Positions 41,228 to 49,767 of a DNA stretch of 64,000 nucleotides are shown piece after piece. The DNA is from an uncultured Mycoplasmatota bacterium (GTDB lineage: Bacteria > Bacillota_I > Bacilli_A > RF39 > UBA660): NCBI GenBank assembly GCA_947642475.1, contig CANRSQ010000002.1, positions 608 through 64,607 on the forward strand, in the 5' to 3' direction. Every line of letters begins with the position of its first letter. The first letter of the stretch is position 1. The notes below the pieces were generated by a model. The model did not search any database, was not told the origin of the DNA, and saw only the letters and a program-made list of their open reading frames with translations. A program made the translations under genes and the position numbers.

Positions 41228-42152
41228 AGAATTATTATTAATTAGTCATGTAGCCGATCCCGATGGAATAACACCAGTAATTCTAGCTAAATTTGTTTTC
41301 AAAGAATTCGACACATTGTTATTAAACCCAGAAGAAGTAGACGAAAATTTAAAAGCAAACATAGATAAATATAAAGAAATTCATATTGTCGACTTACCAG
41401 TATCAGAAACCATGGCCAAAGCAATAGAAAATAATGAAGAGTGGAAAAAGAAAGTAAAACTATTTGATCATCATCATGGAAATCTTTACTTAAATAATTA
41501 TTCATTCGCCAAAGTCATAGATGAAGAAAATGGAAAAAAAGAAAGTGGAACCAGCGTTTATTATAATTACTTAACAACAATGTCAGATAATGAATACCTA
41601 CATAAACAATCAACCAAAGGTCTAGTAGAACAAGTAAGATTAATAGATACATATGATTTTAAAACCGAAAAAGAAAAAGAAGCCCATAATATAGATTCCC
41701 TCTTCTCAATCTTAGGTAGACAAAACTATATAGACTACTATTATAATTACATCAAAGAAGAACAAGAATTTAAATATAGAGACCAAGATTTATTTTTAAT
41801 CAAATTAGAGCAAGATAGAATGAATAATTATATTGAAAAAAGAGAAGAAGAAATGATAAAAGCCGAACTAGATGGATATCAAGTTGGAATAGTTTATGCC
41901 GAAAGATATCGTAGTGATATTGGGAACTTTTTAGCCAATAAATATCCAGAACTAGATTTTGTTATGATAATAAATATCGCCAGAAGCATAAGCTTCAGAG
42001 GAATAGATAAAGTAGATTTAAGTCTATACTCAAAAAAATTCGGTGGAGGTGGCCACAAAAATGCATCAGGCTGCCCGCTACCACCAAATTTATTAAACAA
42101 CATTACACATTTAATATTTAAAGATATAAAAATCAAGGAGGAAGAAAAATGA
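41196..42152 (+). CDS. DHH/DHHA1-family phosphoesterase (NrnA-like)
   Basis: ISHVADPDGI (DHH motif I/II region), DHHHGN, and DHHA1 GGGHKNASG. The start is uncertain: GTG at 41196 or TTG at 41205. It overlaps the end of dut. Confidence 0.7.
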   Translation: MVVLEAPTNNKELLLISHVADPDGITPVILAKFVFKEFDTLLLNPEEVDENLKANIDKYKEIHIVDLPVSETMAKAIENNEEWKKKVKLFDHHHGNLYLNNYSFAKVIDEENGKKESGTSVYYNYLTTMSDNEYLHKQSTKGLVEQVRLIDTYDFKTEKEKEAHNIDSLFSILGRQNYIDYYYNYIKEEQEFKYRDQDLFLIKLEQDRMNNYIEKREEEMIKAELDGYQVGIVYAERYRSDIGNFLANKYPELDFVMIINIARSISFRGIDKVDLSLYSKKFGGGGHKNASGCPLPPNLLNNITHLIFKDIKIKEEEK

Positions 42153-43714
42153 AAAAACCATATTATATAACAACATCAATTTTTTACGCATCAGCAAAAC
42201 CACATATTGGAAATTCTTATGAAGGAGTTCTAACAGACGCCATTGCTAGATATAAAAGATTAACAGGATATGATGTAAGATTCCATACAGGAACAGATGA
42301 ACATGGAGAAAAGGTCCAACAAAATGCTATAAAAAATAACCAAGAACCACAAAGCTATGTTGACGAAATAGCATTAGAAGTAAAAAGAATAGATGATTTA
42401 CTAAATATAAGCTATGACAAATTTGTAAGAACAACAAATCCACACCACAAAGAAACAGTCCAAAAAATCTTCAAAAAATTATACGATAATGGTGATATTT
42501 ACAAAGGAAAATATGAAGGATTATATTGTACACCTTGCGAATCATTCTTCACAGAATCACAGTTAGTAGACGGAAAGTGTCCCGATTGTGGTAGAGAAGT
42601 CCAAACTGCCAGCGAAGAAGCATACTTCTTAAAACTAAGTAAATATAATGAGTGGTTAAAAGAATATATCGAAACACATCCAAATTTTATCGAACCAGAA
42701 AGTAGAAAAAACGAAATCATGAATAATTTCATAATTCCAGGAGTTCAAGATTTATGTATTTCAAGAACAACATTTGATTGGGGAATAAAAGTCCCATTTG
42801 ATGATAAACATGTAATTTATGTTTGGCTAGATGCCCTTGCCAATTATATAACATTCTTAAACTACGATTTAGATAATGATTCAGAAGAATTTACAAAATA
42901 TTGGCCAGCAGACGTTCATATTATTGGAAAAGATATTTTAAGATTCCATACAATTTATTGGCCAGTAATCCTAAAAGCCCTAGACCTACCAATGCCCAAA
43001 AAAATCTTTGGTCATCCATGGGTATTAGCCGCCGATAGTGATAAAATGAGCAAATCAAAAGGAAATGTACTATACGCCGATGAACTAGTACATCTATTTG
43101 GAACCGATGCCATAAGATATTATTTATTACATGAAATACCTTATGGACATGATGGAAATATCAGTTATGAATTAATAATTGAAAGAATAAACTCAGATTT
43201 AGCCAACGTAATGGGAAATCTAGTAAATAGAACAATAACAATGGCTCACAAATACTTTGATGGAATTGTCTATGCGCCAGAACAGATAACAGCAGAAGAT
43301 AAAGAATTAGTCGAAATGGCAAAAGACCTAAAAAATAAAGTAGAAGAAAAAATGGAAGACTTAAAAATAGCTGAAGCTATTGATGAAATCTTTGAAGTAT
43401 ACCGTAGAAGTAATAAATATATTGATGAACAAATGCCATGGGTACTAGCTAAAGATCCAGCCCAACAAGAAAGATTAAAAACAGTTATTTATAATCTTTT
43501 AGAAGCCATAAGAACTGCGACTGTATTCTTACAAGCATTCTTACCAGAAACCGCCGATAAAATATTTAAACAATTAAATACCCAAAATAGAGATATTGAT
43601 TCAGTAAATAACTTTGATGGTATGGATGATGGAATAAAATTAAATGAACCAGAAGTATTATTTCAAAGAATAGATAAAGAAAAGAAACTACAAGAGATTG
43701 AAGAAACTCTATAA
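42149..43714 (+). CDS. metG: Methionine--tRNA ligase (short form, no C-terminal EMAP/Trbp domain)
   Basis: HIGN, zinc knuckle CPDCG, KMSKS. 521 aa. Confidence 0.95.
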   Translation: MKKPYYITTSIFYASAKPHIGNSYEGVLTDAIARYKRLTGYDVRFHTGTDEHGEKVQQNAIKNNQEPQSYVDEIALEVKRIDDLLNISYDKFVRTTNPHHKETVQKIFKKLYDNGDIYKGKYEGLYCTPCESFFTESQLVDGKCPDCGREVQTASEEAYFLKLSKYNEWLKEYIETHPNFIEPESRKNEIMNNFIIPGVQDLCISRTTFDWGIKVPFDDKHVIYVWLDALANYITFLNYDLDNDSEEFTKYWPADVHIIGKDILRFHTIYWPVILKALDLPMPKKIFGHPWVLAADSDKMSKSKGNVLYADELVHLFGTDAIRYYLLHEIPYGHDGNISYELIIERINSDLANVMGNLVNRTITMAHKYFDGIVYAPEQITAEDKELVEMAKDLKNKVEEKMEDLKIAEAIDEIFEVYRRSNKYIDEQMPWVLAKDPAQQERLKTVIYNLLEAIRTATVFLQAFLPETADKIFKQLNTQNRDIDSVNNFDGMDDGIKLNEPEVLFQRIDKEKKLQEIEETL

Positions 43715-43728
43715 AAAGTTTCTTTTTT
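43702..43728 (+). terminator. metG intrinsic terminator
   Basis: AGAAACT-8 nt-AGTTTCT followed by TTTTT, overlapping the stop codon. Confidence 0.5.
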
Positions 43729-43930
43729 AATTACCAAATTTCCATTTTTGCATAAAAAACCATCCAAATTTCCCAAATCTGCATATAAAAAATCCCCAAA
43801 AAAGGAATTTTGTAAAACCCATTGACTAATAAAAAACATTAATATATATTAATACCCACGGAAACATTGTAACCGCTATTGGTGTCTACCTGTCTTTATT
43901 CGAAAGAATTCAAAGGGAGGTTATGTGCTT

Positions 43931-44008
43931 ATGTCAAAAAAGGATTGCTTAATCGCTTTATTGATTATAATCATAATTTTATTGATTCTATTTCCGAGAG
44001 GAATTTAG
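43931..44008 (+). CDS. Candidate type I toxin: 25-aa hydrophobic peptide MSKKDCLIALLIIIIILLILFPRGI
   Basis: Own promoter TTGACT(43822)-17-TATATT(43845). GGGAGG RBS at 43915-43920, 10 nt before the ATG. The peptide has a charged N-terminus followed by one TM-length hydrophobic run. It is embedded in a structured RNA of about 270 nt. Confidence 0.4.
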   Translation: MSKKDCLIALLIIIIILLILFPRGI

Positions 44009-44046
44009 TTCATAGGAGCTAAGGACCTTCAGGGGGGTTAGGTCGT

Positions 44047-44146
44047 AAAAAAAGACATCTAGCTTTATGCTAAATGTCTATCACCATTGGTAGGTAGACA
44101 TTGATATGTTACAATGTTTCCCTTTTTATGAGGAAATATCCTCACT
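44047..44146 (-). ncRNA. Candidate antisense sRNA (antitoxin) convergent with the small-peptide mRNA
   Basis: Minus-strand promoter TTGTAA (plus-strand coordinates 44176-44181), 17-nt spacer, TGtTATAGT (44153-44161). Minus-strand terminator AGACATTTAGC-ATAAA-GCTAGATGTCT plus T7 (plus-strand coordinates 44047-44079). The stem has a U-G wobble on the minus strand, but a C-A mismatch on the plus strand. Confidence 0.35.
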
Positions 44147-44328
44147 AACAATACTATAACACATTCCTTAATTTATTACAACAAATATAACCATTAATCA
44201 CACCTTATAACCAAAACAAAAAAAATATATAATATTTTCGTAAAAAGTTGTAAAATGTCGAGAAAAAAGGTTTGAAATAATCCCCACATAATGATATATT
44301 AAAAAAGGACAGGAGAGGAAAAAACATT

Positions 44329-44493
44329 ATGCTAATCAAAGACAAACAGAGTGTAATAATCACTCTAGGATTTGTAGTATTGATTTTGCTGTTAGTAGTA
44401 AATATAATATGTGAATTCAACATATTGGATTTATCATATTTATTATTTATGATAGGATGTTTTATTAGATATATTTATATAAAATTACATTAA
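44329..44493 (+). CDS. Small (54-aa) two-TM membrane protein, hypothetical
   Basis: Hand-translated MLIKDKQSVIITLGFVVLILLLVVNIICEFNILDLSYLLFMIGCFIRYIYIKLH. GGAGAGG RBS. Promoter TTGAAA(44272)-17-TATATT(44295) with an upstream TG. Confidence 0.35.
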   Translation: MLIKDKQSVIITLGFVVLILLLVVNIICEFNILDLSYLLFMIGCFIRYIYIKLH

Positions 44494-44534
44494 GATTATA
44501 CTAATTATGGTATAATCTTTTTAGGTGATTAATT

Positions 44535-45296
44535 ATGATAGATACACATTGTCATTTAAATAAAGAAGATTATGATGACGTAAACAAAATTATTGAAAAT
44601 ATGAAAGATAATATAATGATAATTTCCACTGCAAGTCCAGAAGATTTAGACGAAGTAATAAATCTAATAGAAAACAATAAAAACATATATGCAACCATAG
44701 GAATTCATCCAGAATTTGCTGACACCTATACAAAAGAAGACTTAGATCAAATAGAAAAATATCTAACCCATCCAAAAGTAGTAGGCATCGGCGAAATTGG
44801 TTTAGATTATCACTACACCAAAGAAAATAAAGAAAAACAACAAGAACTATTCAAAAAACAAATCAAGCTAGCCAACAAATACAAAAAAACAATAGTTATC
44901 CATACAAGAGATGCTATGTTAGATACCTATAACATTTTAAAAGAAGAAAAAGATAAAGATATAAAATGCAATTTTCACTGTTATAGTGGTAGTTTAGAAA
45001 CAGCTAAAGAAATAATAAAATTAAATGGAACGTTTGGAATAGGAGGGGTGTTAACCTTCAAAAATGAAAAGAAACTAAAAGAAATAGTAAAAGAACTAGA
45101 TTTAAAATATTTCCTTTTAGAAACCGACAGCCCTTATCTAACACCAGAACCATTTAGAGGGCAAAAAAACGAACCCAAAAATATTGAATATGTTGCTAAA
45201 AAAATAGCCGAAATAAAAGAAATACCTTATGAAAAAGTACTAGAAGAAACCACTCAAAACGCCATCCGTCAATTTGACATGAAAAATTCTCTATGA
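44535..45296 (+). CDS. tatD: TatD-family metal-dependent hydrolase (YabD)
   Basis: IDTHCHL start, GEIGLDYHY and ETDSPYL motifs. Follows metG as in Bacillus. Confidence 0.9.
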   Translation: MIDTHCHLNKEDYDDVNKIIENMKDNIMIISTASPEDLDEVINLIENNKNIYATIGIHPEFADTYTKEDLDQIEKYLTHPKVVGIGEIGLDYHYTKENKEKQQELFKKQIKLANKYKKTIVIHTRDAMLDTYNILKEEKDKDIKCNFHCYSGSLETAKEIIKLNGTFGIGGVLTFKNEKKLKEIVKELDLKYFLLETDSPYLTPEPFRGQKNEPKNIEYVAKKIAEIKEIPYEKVLEETTQNAIRQFDMKNSL

Positions 45297-45336
45297 TATA
45301 ATATCAAACGTTTCACATTTGAAATAGGAGGTATTT

Positions 45337-46038
45337 ATGAATACATATTTACTGGGGCTGATTTCGAAGTGGGGGACGATTTTACTCACATCAGTCACAG
45401 GAATAGTTGGTTCTGGACAGCTATTTTCAGAAGAAACGACAAAAGTAGAGAATACAAATCAAACAAAAAATGCCAGTGCAGTAATAACTGAAGTGGCATA
45501 TGATACAGAAAAAAGATACAATAGTAAACTCCCAAGTAATATTACAAAAGTGATGCAAGAAGGAAAAAAAGGACTTGCCTTCACTGATAACCAGAATAAC
45601 GAAGTAGAAACTATTGTAGAGCCTGTAAAAGAAATAATTGAAGTAGGAACAGGCGGCCAAGGAGAATATACTGGTAAAATGACAGGTTATGGTGCTGACT
45701 GTGCAGGTTGCTCAGGAACAGTTTCATGTAAAACCAAATCAGGTAGAACTTGGAACTTACTCAAAGACGGTACGTCATATAATGATGACGAATACGGACA
45801 AACGAGAATATTAGCCGCTGCTTTAACAAAATTCCCTTGTGGAACAATAATTAAAGTTGATAGTAGTACCTTAGGAACCTTTAACGCTATTGTTCTAGAT
45901 ACAGGAGGCGCTATGCGAAAAGCATGGAATAACGGAACTGTATTAATGGATTTAGCCTTTACAAGTGAAACATCAGAAGGTATCCATAATTCTACAAACA
46001 GCAATGTTAAATACAGCGTACAAAGATGGGGATGGTAA
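45337..46038 (+). CDS. Secreted G5 + 3D domain protein (YabE/Rpf-like cell-wall protein)
   Basis: Signal/TM N-terminus, G5-like segment (EVAYDTEKRYNSKLP...QEGKKGL) and a 3D-domain C-terminus (GTIIKVDS...AIVLDTGGAM). Synteny with yabE. Confidence 0.7.
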   Translation: MNTYLLGLISKWGTILLTSVTGIVGSGQLFSEETTKVENTNQTKNASAVITEVAYDTEKRYNSKLPSNITKVMQEGKKGLAFTDNQNNEVETIVEPVKEIIEVGTGGQGEYTGKMTGYGADCAGCSGTVSCKTKSGRTWNLLKDGTSYNDDEYGQTRILAAALTKFPCGTIIKVDSSTLGTFNAIVLDTGGAMRKAWNNGTVLMDLAFTSETSEGIHNSTNSNVKYSVQRWGW

Positions 46039-46092
46039 TCCCTTTTTCTTTGTCTAAAATAATGATATAATATAAACACAAAGGAGGATAAT

Positions 46093-46920
46093 ATGGAATA
46101 TTCACCAAATAAAATGAAAGAAAACTTACAAGCTAATGATTTCAACTTTAAAAAGAAATTTGGGCAAAACTTCATAACCGATAAAAATATTATCGAAGCC
46201 ATCGCCAATAAAGCCCAAATAGATAAAGATACATTAGTAATTGAAATAGGTCCAGGGGCAGGATCTCTAACCAATATATTAGGACAAAAAGCTAAAAACG
46301 TTATAGCCTATGAAATAGATGAAACACTAAAACCCATTCTAGAAAAAAATATCCATGAAAATACCGAAATAATATATGGAGATTTCTTAAAAAGAAATAT
46401 AATGCCAGACCTAAAAAAATATAAATACAACAAACTATATGTAGTTGCTAATCTTCCATATTATATAACCACCCCAATCATAATAAAATTAATAGAAGAT
46501 AAAATACCAGTAGACAAAATAGTAGTAATGGTTCAAAAAGAAGTAGGCGATAGATTTAAAGCCAAACCAAAAACAAAAGAATATAATTCATTATCTATCT
46601 TTCTAAATTATTACTTTGAAGTCAAAAAAGAATTAGATGTTAGTCGAAACGTCTTCATGCCAAAACCAAATGTAGATAGTATTGTTGTATCTTTTACCAA
46701 AAGAGATAACAAACTACCACTAAAAAATGAAGATATATTTTTCAAACTAATTAGAGATAGCTTTACCCAAAAAAGAAAAACATTAAAAAATAACCTAAAA
46801 GGGTACGATTTATCAAAAATAGAAGAAGTATTAAATAAACACAATTTAGATTTATCAGTAAGAGCCGAAGCCTTACCAATAGAAATATTTGTAGAAATTG
46901 CTAATAACTTAAATAACTAA
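46093..46920 (+). CDS. rsmA: 16S rRNA (adenine1518/1519-N6)-dimethyltransferase
   Basis: KKKFGQNFI, EIGPGAGSLT and NLPYYITTPI motifs. Confidence 0.93.
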   Translation: MEYSPNKMKENLQANDFNFKKKFGQNFITDKNIIEAIANKAQIDKDTLVIEIGPGAGSLTNILGQKAKNVIAYEIDETLKPILEKNIHENTEIIYGDFLKRNIMPDLKKYKYNKLYVVANLPYYITTPIIIKLIEDKIPVDKIVVMVQKEVGDRFKAKPKTKEYNSLSIFLNYYFEVKKELDVSRNVFMPKPNVDSIVVSFTKRDNKLPLKNEDIFFKLIRDSFTQKRKTLKNNLKGYDLSKIEEVLNKHNLDLSVRAEALPIEIFVEIANNLNN

Positions 46921-46960
46921 AACCAATCACCAAAGCATAAAATAGTTTTGGTGATTTTAT

Positions 46961-48235
46961 ATGGAAATAATCAAAGGAGTCCTTTGGGCAATACTAACAG
47001 TATTAATCATAATAACCGGAATATATTTCACAAAAAAATTATCTTTTCCACAGCTAAAAATAAATAAAATCATAAACTCCCTAAAAACAAACAATAATAA
47101 AGGAATAAGTCCAATAAAAACCCTTTTTCTAACTCTAGCAGGTAGAATCGGAGTAGGTAGTATAGCCGGAGTTGCCCTCGCAATTTATATAGGCGGTCCA
47201 GGCACCATTTTTTGGATGTGGATAATCGCCATAATATCCGCACCACTAGCCTATACTGAAACACTCCTTGCTATAAAATATAAAGATCAAAAAAACAATA
47301 TAGGAGGACCTTCACATTATATAAAAAAAGGACTAAATAAAAAAACACTAGCTGCTCTTTACTCACTTCTAGTAATAATCTCTTATCTAATAGGTTTCAT
47401 TCCCATTCAGTCAAACACCATAGTAAAATCAGTAGATATGATAAACCCAGAAAATCATTTAATAATCGGAATAACCCTAGCCATAATATCCTTCATAATA
47501 ATAAAAGGCGGAATAAATAAAATATCAAGGGTCACAGATAAATTAATCCCCTTTATGACCATTTTATATATAACAATGGCCCTTTTTGTAATATTCACAC
47601 ATATAGATAAATTTCCTTCAGTAATAACAAATATCATAACACAAGCCTTTAAAATAAAACCATTTTTAAGTGGATTCATACTAACAATCATAATAGGAGT
47701 CCAAAGAGCCATCTTTTCAAACGAATCAGGAATAGGGTTAGGTGGAATCGCCGCCAGTGCCTCAAATAGTCAAAACGGTTCACAAAGTGGATATATCCAA
47801 ATATTAGGAGTCTACATAACAACCATCCTTATATGCACCGCCACCGCTTTCATGATATTAATATTTGATTATCAAAACATCACAATAAATAATCCCAACG
47901 GCATAGAATTAACCTCACTCGCCTTCAATCATCATTTTGGAAATATAGGAAATATATTATTAGTTTTATGTATCCTATTATTTTCATTCACAACAATTCT
48001 AACAGGTTACTATTACTGTGAATCAAGTTTAAAATTCTTAAATAATAAAATAAACATAAAATTTCTAAAAATTATAACCCCACTAAGCGTATTAATAGGA
48101 ACAATAATCTCTCCAACAACCATTTGGGAAATGATAGATATTTTAGTAGCTATTTTAGGTTTAATAAATATATATACAATGATAAAATTAAAAACAGAAA
48201 TAATAGATTACCACAATAAAAAAGAAAAGTATTAA
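46961..48235 (+). CDS. Alanine/glycine:cation symporter (AGCS family)
   Basis: Polytopic protein with GGPGTIFWMWIIAIIS and the other conserved AGCS blocks. Confidence 0.85.
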   Translation: MEIIKGVLWAILTVLIIITGIYFTKKLSFPQLKINKIINSLKTNNNKGISPIKTLFLTLAGRIGVGSIAGVALAIYIGGPGTIFWMWIIAIISAPLAYTETLLAIKYKDQKNNIGGPSHYIKKGLNKKTLAALYSLLVIISYLIGFIPIQSNTIVKSVDMINPENHLIIGITLAIISFIIIKGGINKISRVTDKLIPFMTILYITMALFVIFTHIDKFPSVITNIITQAFKIKPFLSGFILTIIIGVQRAIFSNESGIGLGGIAASASNSQNGSQSGYIQILGVYITTILICTATAFMILIFDYQNITINNPNGIELTSLAFNHHFGNIGNILLVLCILLFSFTTILTGYYYCESSLKFLNNKINIKFLKIITPLSVLIGTIISPTTIWEMIDILVAILGLINIYTMIKLKTEIIDYHNKKEKY

Positions 48236-48245
48236 AACTTTTCAA

Positions 48246-49322
48246 TTAACCTATAGTAAATGGTTCATTTGAACTTCCAGAACCACCAAGCTGGATATCG
48301 GATGAAAGATAGACAACTGGATGCACGCCGCGAGTGGTATTAGCAGAATTAGTGCCTATGCAACCATTACTGCCCACTAACCACATAGAAACCGATCGCG
48401 TGACCATACCCGGCGATATTGTCCACCAATCATATAATGAAGTATACATATAATTGGTATTCTTACATGGATATGGGCGTGGAAATCCGGCATAAATGCT
48501 TGTACATGATGCATCGGTACTAGCTCTTACATAATCAGTGGCGGTTGGCAAGCCTACTTTACCTTTCCATGTATAGGCTTTTTCTCGCAAGATATCAGTA
48601 AATAGTTTTTGATTACTGGTATTGGTTAAAATTCCGACATTAAAACTATGATTTACTATTTTACTTTTTGTATTTTCACTTAAACTAGCATAATATGTAG
48701 TATTTAAATAGGTATTTAAATAAGCTTCTTTTTCTGGTAAATTATAGGTAGTTGATTCACCAACCTCTCTTGGCATTTTGGTTATACTATTTCCGTTTGC
48801 ATCTAACATTGTTGTCTTACTGCCCCATACATTACAACCAGAATATGAGGTAGTTGAACCATTGTAGTAACAATAATCTGTACTAACGGATGACCATCTT
48901 GTTCCTTCCATGGAATTTGCATTTGTGACGCCTGATATACTGTTTGAATAGCCTGGATCATATACAAAGCTACCTATACCATCTTTTTTTATTATTTTAA
49001 GTGTATTATCTGGTTCAATAGATATAATACGCCATAGGTCATTATCTAACTTTATATAGTTATTTGGATCTTCACCTTTATAAACGTATTTATTTTCTTC
49101 TATATTATCTTTATATAGACCTGGACCTGATGTGACTATATTTTCTTTTAAATCATTTGGTGTTATACCTTTTTTTAATATATTTCCTTTGGCTGTTATA
49201 TTTAGATTTGTTTGAAATGCGGCATAACCTGCAGTCATTAAACCCAACATTCCTATCATTGAAGCAATAATTATCTTTCTTTGCTTTTTTCTTTCTCTTC
49301 TTGTTTTTCTATGCCTTCTCAT
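48246..49322 (-). CDS. Secreted or membrane-anchored hypothetical protein (basic N-terminus plus signal anchor)
   Basis: MRRHRKTRRERKKQRK followed by a TM helix and AAFQTNLNITAKGN. The C-terminal WWTISP...GVHPVVYLS pattern recalls DUF6273-type domains (from memory). The DNA is visibly richer in G+C than its neighbours. Confidence 0.5.
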   Translation of the reverse strand: MRRHRKTRRERKKQRKIIIASMIGMLGLMTAGYAAFQTNLNITAKGNILKKGITPNDLKENIVTSGPGLYKDNIEENKYVYKGEDPNNYIKLDNDLWRIISIEPDNTLKIIKKDGIGSFVYDPGYSNSISGVTNANSMEGTRWSSVSTDYCYYNGSTTSYSGCNVWGSKTTMLDANGNSITKMPREVGESTTYNLPEKEAYLNTYLNTTYYASLSENTKSKIVNHSFNVGILTNTSNQKLFTDILREKAYTWKGKVGLPTATDYVRASTDASCTSIYAGFPRPYPCKNTNYMYTSLYDWWTISPGMVTRSVSMWLVGSNGCIGTNSANTTRGVHPVVYLSSDIQLGGSGSSNEPFTIG

Positions 49323-49362
49323 CTTATTATCACATCCTCATAAATTTATTATAACACATAAC

Positions 49363-49377
49363 TGTCCGTTACGGACA
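49363..49377. promoter_or_regulatory. 7-1-7 palindrome TGTCCGT-T-ACGGACA in a divergent promoter region (candidate XRE operator)
   Basis: It lies between the divergent genes 48246-49322 (minus) and 49429-49692 (plus). It overlaps the -35 position of the minus-strand extended -10 TGTTATAAT (49348-49356). Confidence 0.4.
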
Positions 49378-49428
49378 ATTAATAGAATAAAATTAATTTT
49401 TTTGACACAATGATTACAAGGTGATTGT

Positions 49429-49692
49429 ATGATTGGTAAAATGATAAGATTTATGAGAATAAACAAAGGTTTAAAGCAAAAAGAACTAGCTAAAAAAATA
49501 AAAATATCTGATTCCACTTTAGCCCATTATGAATCCGGATATCGTTCAATAACATTAGAAACCGCTAATAATATTGCCAATGCTTGTGGGTTTGATATAA
49601 TTTTTATAGATCAAAACACAAAACAAAAATATAAATTTGAAGATGTAGAAAGAATGAACTACGATACAAGAGTAAGGGGTAAGAAGAAATAA
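49429..49692 (+). CDS. XRE-family helix-turn-helix transcriptional regulator
   Basis: 87 aa with the typical HTH_3 pattern (IRFMRINKGLKQKELAKKIKISDSTLAHYESG). Confidence 0.75.
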   Translation: MIGKMIRFMRINKGLKQKELAKKIKISDSTLAHYESGYRSITLETANNIANACGFDIIFIDQNTKQKYKFEDVERMNYDTRVRGKKK

Positions 49693-49767
49693 TATCTCTT
49701 TTTTCTAAAACAAAATGTTTCATATCCATTAAAATATGTTAGAATATATCAAAAGAGGTGCATTATA

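Noticed and set aside
44205-44423. 72-aa minus-strand ORF in the metG-tatD spacer.
   Set aside because: There is no RBS and the composition is junk-like. The plus strand carries a better small ORF (44329-44493) with a promoter and RBS.
45687-46274. 195-aa minus-strand ORF overlapping the 3D-domain gene and rsmA.
   Set aside because: It is antisense to two well-supported plus-strand genes with clear homology, and it has no recognisable motif. It is a typical shadow ORF.
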